DNA from: Macrostomum lignano
Taxonomy: Eukaryota
Length of the DNA: 64,000 nt
Direction: 5' to 3'
Assembly (NCBI GenBank): GCA_002269645.1
Contig: NIVC01001899.1
Coordinates: 124,001 to 188,000, forward strand
Shown: positions 22,556 through 48,468 of the stretch, one piece after another
How the letters are laid out: the number at the start of each line of letters is the position of its first letter
How positions within the stretch are numbered: the first letter of the stretch is position 1
Notes under the pieces: model-generated
The model's database searches: none
What the model saw: the letters and a program-made list of their open reading frames with translations, nothing else
Told to the model about the DNA's origin: nothing
Position numbers and translations under genes: made by a program

Positions 22556-25500
22556 TCCACGCACGGAATCGAATCAAGAATTGTGGCGCGAGAGTCAAGA
22601 TGCATTTATCGCTGAGCTGCCTACAGCCAAATGGCAGTCTGGCAAATGACGTCGAAAGATGTTTCAAAGTGAGACTTCAAAGAAAACGAAGACGGGACCC
22701 AAAGAATCACACTTTTTTGTTTAATTTAAATCCGTTTTTAGCTTGATTACTCAATGCCTGAAAATAGAATCAGAAATGAATGCTAAAACCATATTGGATA
22801 AAAATAGTGATAGTTGGCAAAAAGCTACTTCAGTAGATGCTTTCTGCTGATTAAAAAATGAAAATAGAACGTGTTGACAAGGTTCTGCCCGAATACCTTA
22901 ACAATGTTTACATTCAGCTCATTTGACTGAATTAATTCAGTCATCATTGGATTCATTTTATCTCATATTTCCCATCAAAACTGATTTATGCTTGTAGGAA
23001 AAAGCGCAGGTGGGTGATCATGAGCTCATGCGGTTGTGGGCCAATGGCCGCTCGATCTGGTCCACTTTTAAAAGAGATGGATAGAAATTACTTAGTCGAG
23101 CGATAATAATCAATGTTTTTCAATATTGGAAATGGGTATTAAACACTTACTACAAGAAACTCTCACTGCAGCATAAGCATCTACGAGCTAATCTACTAGA
23201 TGTAGCAGTGAACCGTAAAAGGCCTACTGGATATATTCAATTAAACAACCATATGCCCGTGAAATTTATGTACTCTCAATCGAACCAAGAAAGCAGAGCA
23301 AAGCGCTTCTGTATTAGGCCCAATATTTATATTTTCGCTTTTAAAAAGACTGTGGTTGTAGGGGTAATTCCTAAATGTCTTGTACGAGCAACAATTATAG
23401 TGGCGTAGCCAAGGATTTTCATTAGCCAACGTAACTTCGAAGTTTATACGATTTATACAACGGTAACTTCTAGTGGCTCTTGACTTTTATAACCTTTATT
23501 GTTACTATCAGATGCAGTGCAAACAAAAAAGAAACCGTACATGGTGCTCAAAAACCGATCTGCTGTAATTTCAGTAAATTACAGTCCATGGCCACTAAAT
23601 TTCCGCCTATCTGTGTCAAACCAATATGGCTACATCTTGAGTTGCTTACATGTACATGTACCATGCATGTACAATACACATCATTTCTGTAGATGAAAAA
23701 CTTATCTTTTTTCATAGCAAAATATATAATAATAAATTTAAATATAATAACAATATTATAGAAACAATAGTAATAATATTAATAATAATGATGAGGATGT
23801 TTTTGCAATCTTAAAACCGCACATTTCACTTCGATGCGCTTTTCCCCAACTGTCAGTAGGCTAGCTTTAGGAATCTCTCTCCATTCTCTCATCCAGACTA
23901 AGTTCTACACTAATTTATGCCATCATTATTAATTATGATAAATACTCAATGTACTTCTCTTAGGATTCTAATTTTGGATTTTTTACGCATCTTTGAAGGT
24001 CAGACTGTCTGGGTTTGAGACGGATTGACCTCTAGCAGTCTAGACGGGCGACACTAAGTCTGGGAGGAATGGTTTCAACCCCATTCTGACCACAAGATTA
24101 GCGGCTTTTTCACTGTTTTCAGTGATTTATGGCGGTCTAGCTGTCACTTGGCTCCAGCCTGTCTGGGTCAAGGAGGTCTTTCCAGCTTTCTCCCCACTCG
24201 CTCTGTTACTTTCTCTTTTAATTTATGGGTGTTTTTCTGTCACTTTTGGCGCCAGGATGTCTAGACAAGTGACTTTTATTATGTTTTGCGCATGATTTAT
24301 GACCGCACCTGTCATCTTCCCTGGGGTCTGAAGGCCACCTGGTGGGGTGGGTTTTGGGGTCTTGAGCTCAGCCAATCAGAGTCGACCTGACTGCCCCCAG
24401 CTCGACCAATCGGAAAATTCGGCGCCTATTTTAACAAAAGCTCTCCCCTTCCTAGGTGTTCTGATAGGATTTGCACTTTTGCTTACTTGCTTTTGTGTGC
24501 CAAACTCAAGGCAGAAGTGTCAGTTAATATTAAAAGTAGCCATTCGCTCTAACTCAATCTAAAGTGTTTAGGATTGCGGATTAAGTGAGAAAGTTAAATC
24601 TGGAAGTTGACTTAATGTTTTCTTTCTTTTTCGCAATGCCAGCTGAGATGAGTGGCTAGATCTAGGGGCAGAGGTCACAGTGGACCGGAAGCGGCGCAGT
24701 TACCAGTCAATCAGTCGTTCTCAGAAATCATGATAAGCATGCGAATTAAGTGCCAGACTGGCGCTTTCGCGCGGCCTCAGGCAGCTAAGCGGCTAAAACG
24801 AGATAAATATTAGTCTGAAGGTCTCCTAAAGTAACAATACATCTACATCATCGCTATCTGTCGGCGTGTTAACACATTTAGTGCCAAAAGCGTACAGTTG
24901 TGTGTACTTATACATGTACTTCTGGGAATTCAGTAATGAAATAGTACATTTAGTAGTGTATAGAGGCTCGCCAGCGCAAGAACCCCCTGCAGAAGTCCTC
25001 TCTGTCCCTGCATGGCCAATGCGATCTTAGTCCCAGCAGCGTCCCTTCTATTCGGCTATGACTTCGAGATTTAGACAGCTAAAAGACACTAGATGGCAGG
25101 TAAATGCAGTGCCCCTCTAGTCGGAAGTCCGATTTCGATAGCTCCGGTATGGTGAGCCGGGGCGCACGGACTGGTGGCAGCGGGTTAGTTAATCTGCGGA
25201 TTAGCTAATCTCTACCTTTCAAATTCTCCCTGCTTGTCTCTCGCTGTCTTCTCTTAGGTATAGGACCTTGCTGCTCGCCCACAATCTAGCTACCATGGGG
25301 CTGACCATCTGACAGGAGTGAGAGGCCAGAGTTCTAAGTGATTCATTTCTGAGTTCTGAGGCCCGAAGCTATACGCTCGTAGGCTTAAAAAGGCCGAACC
25401 CATCAATAATAATAAAATATTATAATTTAATAATAATTTTATAATAATAAAAATTTGTAACGCATTCCATGTTCAAAACAGGATAATATTTAGTTATGAA

Positions 25501-25806
25501 TTGACTTGAGTATAACTCAACAGAGAACCGTTTGACGTAATTATTTAACACAAGAATTTTAAACATTGCGCGTTTTGTCGAGGAACAGATAGCAGAACAA
25601 TATTCTCTTTTATTTAAAGTAAAAAACGTTTTTCCTTATAATACTCTTATTATATTTTTTTGGTCCATACTAAAGATGCTCCAACTTTTGTTTAACTAAT
25701 TACTACTAAGACATTTCGAGTGGCTAAATTTTAACTTCGCTGTTCCTTTCACATTTTCTGTCGCATCTGATCTGAGTATCATAATCATTGGAAGTAAGCG
25801 GCTGCC

Positions 25807-36387
<10,581 letters not shown>

Positions 36388-36949
36388 AATCTCTATTGAT
36401 TTTGGCTTCAAGAAATTTAATACGTATTCACTTCTCATTCTGAGCAGCTGCTAAAGAGATATTTATACTTCGTACTTTTTACTCCAAGCAGGTTGTCAAA
36501 TTTAAATACGAGCATTGCTGTGATTTTATCGCTCTGGTGTACGGTACGAGCACAAACAATCTGTCTTCTGCTTTGGTCTCTGTGCTATTTTTTACTTTTT
36601 CGAACTCTTATTTCAGCAAAGTATTTCTTGCACCCCATCGTGCTAAAATACTGAATTTTATTTTAATTAAAGGAATTTTTTTAATCTCCAAGAAAGCCTT
36701 GTATTAACTGCTTTTGTAGCCAAACAGTTGTTTTAAGATTCCGTACTCTTTTTCAACTCAAAATAGAAGTTCACGTGCAGGAAAATATTTATTTACTCCT
36801 GGATAAAATATTCTACATCATTTTTTGCCTTTTTCTTTATTAGCTATTACTTTAAAACAGTAGTGTGACTCTTTAAACGACTTAAAAATGATACCCATTC
36901 ATCTACAATACTATTCACCCACGACTGCACCCTTTCGACCACAATAACA

Positions 36950-38572
36950 ACCGTTAACTCACAACAGCACCTATTCACACGCAACAGCACCCATTCACTC
37001 ACAAAAACACCCATTCACTCACAACAGCACCCATTCACTCACAACAGCACCTATTCACACGCAACAGCACCCATTCACTCACAACAGCACCCATTCACTC
37101 ACAACAGCACCCGTTAACTCACAACAGCACCCATTCACTCACAAAAACACCCATTCACTCACAACAGCACCCATTCACTCACAACAGCACCCATTCACTC
37201 ACAACAGCACCTATTCACACGCAACAGCACCCATTCACTCACAACAGCACCCATTCACTCACAACAGCCATTCACTCACAACAGCACCTATTCACACGCA
37301 ACAGCACCCATTCACTCACAACAGCACCCATTCACTCACAACAGCACCCATTCACTCACAACAGCACCCATTCACTCACAACAGCACCCATTCACTCACA
37401 ACAGCACCCATTCACTCACAACAGCACCCATTCACTCACAACAGCACCCATTCACTCACAACAGCACCTATTCACACGCAACAGCACCCATTCACTCACA
37501 ACAGCACCCATTCACTCACAACAGCACCCATTCACTCACAACAGCACCCATTCACTCACAACAGCACCCATTCACACGCAACAGCACCCATTCACTCACA
37601 ACAGCACCCATTCACACACAACAGCACCCATTCACTCACAACAGCACCCATTCACTCACAACAGCACCCATTCACTCACAACAGCACCCATTCACACGCA
37701 ACAGCACCCATTCACTCACAACAGCACCCATTCACTCACAACAGCACCCATTCACTCACAACAGCACCCATTCACTCACAACAGCACCCATTCACTCACA
37801 ACAGCACCCATTCACTCACAACAGCACCCATTCACTCACAACAGCACCCATTCACTCACAACAGCACCTATTCACACGCAACGGCACCCATTCACTCACA
37901 ACAGCACCCATTCACTCACAACAGCACCCATTCACTCACAACAGCACCTATTCACACGCAACAGCACCCATTCACTCACAACAGCACCCATTCACTCACA
38001 ACAGCACCCATTCACTCACAACAGCACCCATTCACTCACAACAGCACCCATTCACTCACAACAGCACCCATTCACTCACAACAGCACCCATTCACTCACA
38101 ACAGCACCCATTCACTCACAACAGCACCTATTCACACGCAACAGCACCCATTCACTCACAACAGCACCCATTCACTCACAACAGCACCCATTCACTCACA
38201 ACAGCACCCATTCACTCACAACAGCACCCATTCACACGCAACAGCACCCATTCACTCACAACAGCACCCATTCACACACAACAGCACCCATTCACTCACA
38301 ACAGCACCCATTCACTCACAACAGCACCCATTCACTCACAACAGCACCCATTCACACGCAACAGCACCCATTCACTCACAACAGCACCCATTCACTCACA
38401 ACAGCACCCATTCACTCACAACAGCACCCATTCACTCACAACAGCACCCATTCACTCACAACAGCACCCATTCACTCACAACAGCACCCATTCACACACA
38501 AAACCACCCATTCACTCACAACAGCACCCATTCACTCACAACAGCACCCATTCACTCACAACAGCACCCGTT
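36950..38572. repeat. 20-bp minisatellite (ACAACAGCACCCATTCACTC), ~80 copies
   Basis: Visible period with a recurring CCTATTCACACGC variant. Confidence 0.97.
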
Positions 38573-39034
38573 CACCCAGTGCTGCAGCCCTATCTCAACA
38601 GACTCGGAATCAAATATAATTAAGAAAGCAAAAGCTATACTTTGAAGTGTCAGACAATGGTCTCGTTTAAATAATACTCGTTGAAAAATATAAATCAAAA
38701 TTATCTTATAAGGGGCGGGAACATTCGCCGGAACAGACATAAGTGTCTCATGCTGTTATTTCTGAGAGCTCAAGCCGCAAGTATTATTCGCATGGAAATT
38801 ACAGTACGGAAAAACATTACGTTTCTCATCACATCTGCTTTCAAGCTCTTAAATTTAAACGAACAAAAACGACCCCCACCCGGCTTAGCTAGCAAGAAAG
38901 CTCGCACTTTTTCACTTTGTACAACAGCTAAAATTGAATACAAGAAATCAGTGGATTCTTTAATATGAATCAGATCAAATATTCGAATTGGCTCAAAGAA
39001 AGAAAAGAAAGGAAGGAGAATAGAAAACAGGGAG

Positions 39035-39972
39035 GAGTGGATTGGGAGAAGAGCGGGGAGAGAAGGGGATGAGGAGAAGAGCAAGGAGAGAAGGGGATGA
39101 GGAGAAGAGCAAGGAGAGAAGGAGATGAGGAGAAGAGCGGGGAGAGAAGGGGATGAGGAGAAGAGCAAGGAGAGAAGGGGATGAGGAGAAGAGCAGGGAG
39201 AAAAGGGGATGAGGCAAGGAGAGAAGGGGATGAGGAGAAGAGCGGGGAGAGAAGGGGATGAGGAGAAGAGCAAGGAGAGAAGGGGATGAGGAGAAGAGCA
39301 GGGAGAGAAGGGGTGAGGAGAAGAGCGGGGAGAGAAGGCGATGAGGAGAAGAGCAAGGAGAGAAGGGGATGAGGAGAAGAGCGGGGAGAGAAGGGGATGA
39401 GGAGAAGAGCAAGGAGAGAAGGAGATGAGGAGAAGAGCGGGGAGAGAAGGGGATGAGGAGAAGAGCAAGGAGAGAAGGGGATGAGGAGAAGAGCAGGGAG
39501 AGAAGGGGATGAGGCAAGGAGAGAAGGGGATGAGGAGAAGAGCAAGGAGAGAAGGGGATGAGGAGAAGAGCAAGGAGAGAAGGGGATGAGGAGAAGAGCG
39601 GGGAGAGAAGGGGATGAGGAGAAGAGCAAGGAGAGAAGGGGATGAGGAGAAGAGCAGGGAGAGAAGGGGATGAGGAGAAGAGCGGGGAGAGAAGGGGATG
39701 AGGAGAAGAGCGGGGAGAGAAGGGGATGAGGAGAAGAGCAGGGAGAGAAGGGGATGAGGAGAAGAGCAAGGAGAGAAGGGGATGAGGAGAAGAGCAGGGA
39801 GAGAAGGGGATGAGGCAAGGAGAGAAGGGGATGAGGAGAAGAGCGGGGAGAGAAGGGGATGAGGAGAAGAGCAAGGAGAGAAGGGGATGAGGAGAAGAGC
39901 GGGGAGAGAAGGGGATGAGGAGAAGAGCAAGGAGAGAAGGGGATGAGGAGAAGAGCAAGGAGAGAAGGGGAT
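39035..39972. repeat. 29-bp purine-rich minisatellite (GATGAGGAGAAGAGCAAGGAGAGAAGGG-type), ~32 copies
   Basis: Visible period; source of the spurious LLLIPFSPCSSPHP ORFs. Confidence 0.93.
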
Positions 39973-40076
39973 GGGAAAACACGAGATCAGGGACAACTAG
40001 GACCATAAAAAGGACAGTTTTATTGACAATAAAACAATCAAAGCAAACAGCACAGAGGCCCTCGACTCTCCTGAAC

Positions 40077-40352
40077 TCAGACCCTGCCATCTGCAGTCCC
40101 AGCTGCCGCCTCTTCATCCGGCGGTGCCTCCTTATTCGGCGGATTGACAGTGTAGGGCTGGCCCTTGCCAGGACAGCGCAACTTATTGGCCAGCGCGGTC
40201 CGCCTCAGGTGCGTGATGGCGCAGGTAACCAGTGACAGTGCTGCCAGAGCGATCCCGATGAAGACCACCACAATGACTCTCTCGGGCGTGGCCAGCACGA
40301 ACTGGGTCGGGCCCGGGCTGGTCACTCCTGGTGGCGCGGTGGTGTCGGCCAT
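40077..40352 (-). CDS. Small single-pass membrane protein, 91 aa
   Basis: GC-rich ORF with one strong TM segment (VIVVVFIGIALAALSLVTCAI), then basic LRR...K and a Pro/acidic tail. No signal peptide. Confidence 0.6.
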   Translation of the reverse strand: MADTTAPPGVTSPGPTQFVLATPERVIVVVFIGIALAALSLVTCAITHLRRTALANKLRCPGKGQPYTVNPPNKEAPPDEEAAAGTADGRV

Positions 40353-40930
40353 CTCACTGCTGCAGCTGCTGTCTTCTTTCAGCTAATTTTCAGCTTTTTC
40401 TCTTTACTCAAAAAGCAGAAATTTTTGACGGCTCTTGTCAACTGAATTGGTCAGATCTCTTGCGCTATCTCACGTGGATCTTAAGTATAGCTCAAAGGTC
40501 TTAGATCGCTCGCCCTACAGCGGTCTTATCTGCTGTTGGCTGAATTCGGTGTACATTACTTTTGAGCGCAATCAACACCAGGGACTCACAACCTTTCTCT
40601 CTCTCTCTTTCTCTTTCTCTAGTTATTCTCGAAATTCAAAACTTCAGCCCTAATCTCAACGGTCTGTCTGCAATAGCCAACGCCCTATAATATACATTGA
40701 GAATTTATTTAGTTTAAACGGCAGCAATACACAGCTTCCAAATGCGGTTAGTGAAAGTCAGTGAAATGCCGTGAGTCCAGTGCGGAGTGAATAACACCAT
40801 TTTGTCGAAGTATATTTGTAGTTTAAACAGACCGGTATAATTCAAATTAAAATGGCGATATTGAAACAGCGTTAAAATACAAAGTTCACCTTGAAAAATT
40901 GCAACCCTAACTCTAACCCTAAACCCAGCA

Positions 40931-42553
<1,623 letters not shown>

Positions 42554-43111
42554 GGCTCAGGTACCTAAACACAGAGTTCTAGATTTTGGGGTAGCCACAC
42601 ACCACAAAGTTATTTATAAACGTTTTCAACGGAATTTCCATGCACATTGGACTTTTAATCAATTGTGTCAATGAAATTCTATTTTTCGATTCGTATCGGT
42701 CTGGTGCTAAAAACTTAAACAGTAGGGGTCTTGACAAGAGCACGAGGTTACGGTGATGTCACTAAGCGTAATCTTGTTTACATGATCATCAATAACACTT
42801 ACTTCACAGACATAAAATGGCACTGCACTTGCAAATAATAAACAAATCAAAGGTTGAGGCCACACTGAAGGTCATACACCAACCTTTGACGTCCCTCAAC
42901 CCCTTCTGCACTCTATCTAATTTGGTCCAGAGCCAATCAGGGGTATGTAGGGTGGGGGCAGAAAGGACAGCTGCGGGTTGAAAATAAGTGGCTATGTACA
43001 CTCTGTGTGTACATACACTTGAATGTACATAGTAGCGCTAGCTAATTTATTCAACTTTTGTTGGCCTATTCCTAGATCTGTAAAGGCTGTTGTCATTTAT
43101 AGATTTAACGG

Positions 43112-43695
43112 GGATTGCACTGACTGGGATTGCACTGACTGGGATTGCACTGACTGGGATTGCACTGACTGGGATTGCACTGACTGGGATTGCACTGACT
43201 GGGATTGCACTGACTGGGATTGCACTGACTGGGATTGCACTGACTGGGATTGCACTGACTGGGATTGCACTGACTGGGATTGCACTGACTGGGATTGCAC
43301 TGACTGGGATTGCACTGACTGGGATTGCACTGACTGGGATTGCACTGACTGGGATTGCACTGACTGGGATTGCACTGACTGGGATTGCACTGACTGGGAT
43401 TGCACTGACTGGGATTGCACTGACTGGGATTGCACTGACTGGGATTGCACTGACTGGGATTGCACTGACTGGGATTGCACTGACTGGGATTGCACTGACT
43501 GGGATTGCACTGACTGGGATTGCACTGACTGGGATTGCACTGACTGGGATTGCACTGACTGGGATTGCACTGACTGGGATTGCACTGACTGGGATTGCAC
43601 TGACTGGGATTGCACTGACTGGGATTGCACTGACTGGGATTGCACTGACTGGGATTGCACTGACTGGGATTGCACTGACTGGGATACCACTGACT
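43112..43695. repeat. 15-bp near-perfect minisatellite (GGGATTGCACTGACT), ~38 copies, between scramblases A and B
   Basis: Visible period. Confidence 0.97.
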
Positions 43696-44072
43696 GGGGT
43701 TCCTCTGATTGGGGTTTTGCTATGTTGTGCCCGCTAAGCAGGGGAACTGCCAAGTTGTCCATCTACAAGTTCAAACATCGATTGTCAGGTTGTGGTTAAA
43801 ATCTACGAGTACCTCTACGGAGATACATAAACAGTCAAAAAGCTACACATTGGCGATGCTCTATGAAGAGCGAAAAGCGTCGTTCAATTTTAACAAATGT
43901 TGGCATCAACTTTTCTTGTTTTATTAATCTCATAGCTTTATATTTCTGATAGATAGATAGGCCGAGAACGCGGCTCATAAATAAGAGGATTTAACACAAG
44001 CGTGTGTCGAAGCATTGGCGCTAAACGATTACCAACGAATTTGCACAGTTTTTTTCGATTCAGTTAGTTCGG

Positions 44073-45939
44073 TCAGAACATCATTTCATTGGCTGTTTCA
44101 TCGTGCTGCTTCTGCTGCTGCTCATTAGGGTGTGTGTACTGGTTCTGAGGCGGCGGGGCATGAAGCTGCTGCTCATTAGGGTGTGTGTACTGGTTCTGAG
44201 GCGGCGGGGCATGAAGCTGCTGCTCATTAGGGTGTGTGTACTGGTTCTGAGGCGGCGGGGCATGAAGCTGCTGCTCATTAGGGTGTGTGTACTGGTTCTG
44301 AGGCGGCGGGGCATGAAGCTGCTGCTCATTAGGGTGTGTGTACTGGTTCTGAGGCGGCGGGGCATGAAGCTGCTGCTCATTAGGGTGTGTGTACTGGTTC
44401 TGAGGCGGCGGAGCATGAAGCTGCTGCTCATTAGGGTGTGTGTACTGGTTCTGAGGCGGCGGAGCATGAGGTTGCTGCCCATTTGGGTGTGGATACTGAT
44501 TCTGAGCGTTGATTTGCAATTGCTGCAGCTGAATATTCAGAGCCATCTGATACTGCATCATCATTTGATTTCGACGGCGATTCTGGCCAGCACCCATAGG
44601 TTGTAGATCAAAGTACATGAAGTCCTGCGGAGGTTTTAAGGAATGGTGAGGATGTCTGACACAACAAATCACAAATTACTGCTCTACGAATCGCTGCCAT
44701 GGTACTGCTTGTACCATAGACAAATTAATTACCTACATGTAGGTCCTGGTCAGCGTGACGGAGACCGGCCATTCCAATTCCATGGCCTCCCAGATTCAGT
44801 GAATCGTTTAGTACTCCAGAAAAAATACCCGATCGAGGAAGACAGCGATTTCGACCGATCAAATTAATTGGGGTTGCCAACACTGTCCTCTACGAACCGT
44901 ATTTAAGGCTGGGCTTTCAACCCTGACAAATTCTTCTGAATCAATACTATTTGCTGTGCTAGAATTTTTTTAGACTCCTACAGGTCGGTCTACTCAGGTA
45001 AATTCATCCCGACTCACAAAAAGAATGCACGCTCCAATCAGGGTGAGCTTCATGTTCAGGTGCAAATCCTTCGGCATGTTGATGGTGAAAGTTTCCGCTC
45101 CAGGCACCATTAAACGCTGCGTGCCGGTGTTCAGCGTCTTAGTAATTGAGGCCACCTGCGCCCCGGATCCTTCAGCTGAGGTCACCGGAAACTCCAACGG
45201 TTTAGAACCGGGGCAGCAGATGCAGTAGTCCAAACCGTCGATGCGAAACACTGCCTCGCCATTGGCGTCATTGATCATGTACCTAAAGCCGCTGCAACTG
45301 TACACCTGCTTGATCTGACCCACCGCTTGACCTGGCGGCGACTCTACAGTGATGTCGTCCATGTACTTTTCGCCACAGGCGCAGCATCCGATGCAGTTGG
45401 TCGATTTTGGCTTCCTCACAAACACCGCCGCCTCCCTGCCGGTAGAGTCCACTGCGCCGACAGTGAAGGCTCGATGACGTCGGAGCATGCCCAAATTCTG
45501 GTAGTCGCTTGAATCTTAAATTGATTTTTATCAGCCGCTCATTAAGTAGTCTCTCTGGTTCTAAATCAACTTTTTGAAGCCACCAACTGCCTACTCTCTT
45601 TTAAGAAGAAAATCTGCTCGTCGTTAACCGTCTTCAACGAGTACGAGTTCGGTAATCGAACTCCAGTTAGGGCTGCAAGTTGAAGCGGAAAGTGAATGAC
45701 AAGATACATGCATTAGTTTTGTTGCCAAATGCCAGAAGGTACTTATCTTGGTTTGTAATAAAATAATATTGCTACTCACTTGACATGATATCCTTTTTCT
45801 GCTGCAGTAGCACCGTTTCTAAAGTCAGCAGGTTCTCCAGTCTATCGCGATGACTAGGCTCTGGTGCACCATCTAGAGGCAACGGATGCTGCCCTTGCAG
45901 TCCCGGATACGCCGGTGGTTCTGGCTCAATGCGACTCAT
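44073..45939 (-). CDS. Phospholipid scramblase-family protein, paralogue B, 4 exons, ~428 aa, with a 17-aa Q/P/H tandem-repeat tail
   Basis: Exons 45939-45780, 45672-45595, 45514-45018, 44624-44073 with the same intron phases as paralogue A. DFMYFD is followed by (QNQYTHPNEQQLHAPPP) x~8. Confidence 0.88.
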
Positions 45940-46749
45940 TTTCAAAGTACTCAACTTTGAAAATTTTTCTCTTGAACGGCTGACACTTTTGATATGTAAA
46001 ATACGCTCGTAGAGTCAAGTCTTGGCTGGAGAATTGGGCGAGCATTTTGCATGTCAGATTCAATTTCTCTCCCCATACATGCAGCTCTGAACCCACCAGG
46101 TTGCTATGACACCAGGAAACAGTACAGCCTAGCCAGGGGGAGGGGAAGAGAGAATTTCTGTACTAAAAGCCACGCAGCGTACTGTGTTCCATTTGGCTTC
46201 GTCATTCCTTTGTTTGCATTTGCTCAGTAGAGTTCAGTACGTTTGACTATAGGGAACTAGCGGAGAGTTGGGCCTAACCAGTGTTTTCTCAAAAAATAGG
46301 CTTTAGCGCTGTTGACTTAAGCGGTAGGAGAGCCTATTTGTAGGTTGGCAAAAATTTTACATACTGGTAATAGTCTTCGGAGAAGAGCCTGTTACTTGAA
46401 TAAGCGAAGAAGCGAGATAAAAAGCTTCTAATCCATATATAATTATTCAAAAAAGAAGTTCAATATCGTCAATCTACAAGTATAGACAAAAATATCGTAT
46501 CAGTTGAGACTTGAATCAAAATAACAATAAAAAGAAGCAATTTTACTTATTTATTAAATGAATCACTCTCTTATGGTTTAAATTAATTAGTGAACTTAAT
46601 AGCATATTACTTTCATATTCATTATATATACTCTTTTTTTGCAAAAAGAATTTCGGTTTCTTGACAGAAAAGATTAATTTTCACCATAATTTTTGTGCAA
46701 CTACAATTTCATTTAGAACAACTGCCACTAGTGATGTTTTAGACATCAC

Positions 46750-47941
46750 TGCTGTTGCTGTTTCCGTTCCTAATGCTGCTGTTGCTGCTTCTGATGCTGT
46801 TGGTGTTTGCTGCTGCTGCTGCTGCCTCTGATGCTATTGGTGTTTGCTGCTGCTGCTGCTGCCTCTGATGCTGTTGTTGCTGCTGCTGCTGCTGCTGCCT
46901 CTGATGCTATTGGTGTTTGCTGCTGCTGCTGCTGCCTCTGATGCTGTTGTTGCTGCTGCTGCTGCTGCTGCCTCTGATGCTATTGGTGTTTGCTGCTGCT
47001 GCTGCTGCCTCTGATGCTGTTGTTGCTGCTGCTGCTGCTGCTGCCTCTAATGCTATTGCTGCTGCTGTTACAGCTGCTTCCGATGTCGCTGCTTATTTTG
47101 CTCTTTCTCTTGAGTCTGAATCTGCGGTACTGGAAACAGTGATGGAACAGGTCCTATAAGAAATTACATGCAAACAATAAGAACTGGAGATAGAAAGGTA
47201 TGAGTCTAACTTTCAGAGGATCAACATGAAATCAGTTTGAAACTTGTGAAGCTGTTAAATTAAATTGTCAAATTTTCATGAAGGGACTTACGAACATAAC
47301 ACAGGCTCCAATCATGGTGATCTTCATATTCAGATGCATTTCCTTTGGCATGTTGTTGGAAAATGTGTCTGCTTCTTGAGCCACTATCTAAGCAGTGGTC
47401 GCACGCTCCTTAATAATCGAGGCCACTTGTCTCCCAGTGTTTCCGGCTTCCAACACCGACAGCTCGAGCTGAGACCCGTCCAGCACACAGCCGAGGCAGC
47501 ACCTCCTGCCCTGAATGCGGAACAGAGGCTGCTGATTGGCATCCTCAAGAATGTACACGCAATTGCTGCAGTTGTACACCTGCTTGACGCTGCCAACCAA
47601 TTTTTCGGGTGGCGACTCAACAATCATTTCATCAATGCATTTTTCAGCGCAGCAGACACAGCAGCAGATGCATTTACATGTAGAGGGACTATCAGATCTA
47701 TCAGGAAGGTGAGCAGTTTCTTATCAACTACTCGTAACATTAAGGGCGTACGCAAAATTCCTGCACTATTAAATTATTAGGCATGTCTGCTAGACTGGGT
47801 GAGTCGATATGCATGATTTATATGATGCTAATAGTTGGTATTATTAATAATCCGGCAATCGCACAGTTTGTGCTCACTATTTCCCATTTCCGTTATATTT
47901 GAGCTGAGTCGTTGAGTTGGGAAGAGAACTCCATATAGCTC
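46750..47941 (-). pseudogene. Scramblase paralogue C, pseudogene
   Basis: The exon-3 homologue (~47761-47293) keeps CICCCVCC, VESPPEKLVG, ADTFSNNMPKEMHLNMKITMIGACVMF|GTAAGT but has in-frame TAG at 47390-47388 and TGA TAA upstream. Decayed exon 2 at ~47878-47941. Exon 4 from ~47152 runs into a frame-scrambled CAG-rich tract. Confidence 0.75.
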
Positions 47942-48468
47942 GTAGATAGTCAATTAAGTTTGCACATAGAAACAAACGGAATCAATTATAGGATAAAAAA
48001 TTCTTGATGACTTAGGTAGATTAAAGTAAGAATGCTTCAAATACAGACAAGTTTAAATAAGAACTACTCGTCTCAAGTTCTGCACGAATGAACTTTGTTA
48101 CCTTTTCCACATGCGAATAAAAAATAAAGCGTTCGAAACCAATAATGGACGTGCCAATACTAAAATAGACGTTAAAAAAGCAAATTCAATAGCGCTTTGA
48201 TCCAGATAAATAAGTAGCAGTTAGTGACTAATAATTAAAGGCGGGGTAATGAGAGTTCTTGGAATGTGCGCATTCGTCGGAATGAGCTCATATATATATA
48301 CAGGGTTAGCACACATGCAAGGCAATATGTTTGTGGAGCGCACATTTCTATCACTGTGTTACTCCGACAACACCCCTTAATGATAGTATCCATAAAGCCT
48401 AAACCCTAATTGGTCGAATATGTAATATAAGTACGAGTCAAAACCTTAAATATCGTAACGAATAGCTG

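Noticed and set aside
24200-25400. Possible LTR/PBS signals (TGGCGCC at ~24246, TGGTGGCAGCGG at ~25172) and a retroelement-like 3' end at ~25380
   Set aside because: No paired LTRs, no coding remnant and no TSD; the motifs are too short.
43023-43799. 258-aa ORF with (DWDCT)x38, resembling a Cys/Thr antifreeze or metal-binding repeat protein
   Set aside because: By-product of a stop-poor 15-bp satellite. Equally long ORFs (TGIAL, QSVQS) occur in other frames and strand, and there is no convincing signal peptide or flanking domain. Only RNA or peptide evidence would revive it.
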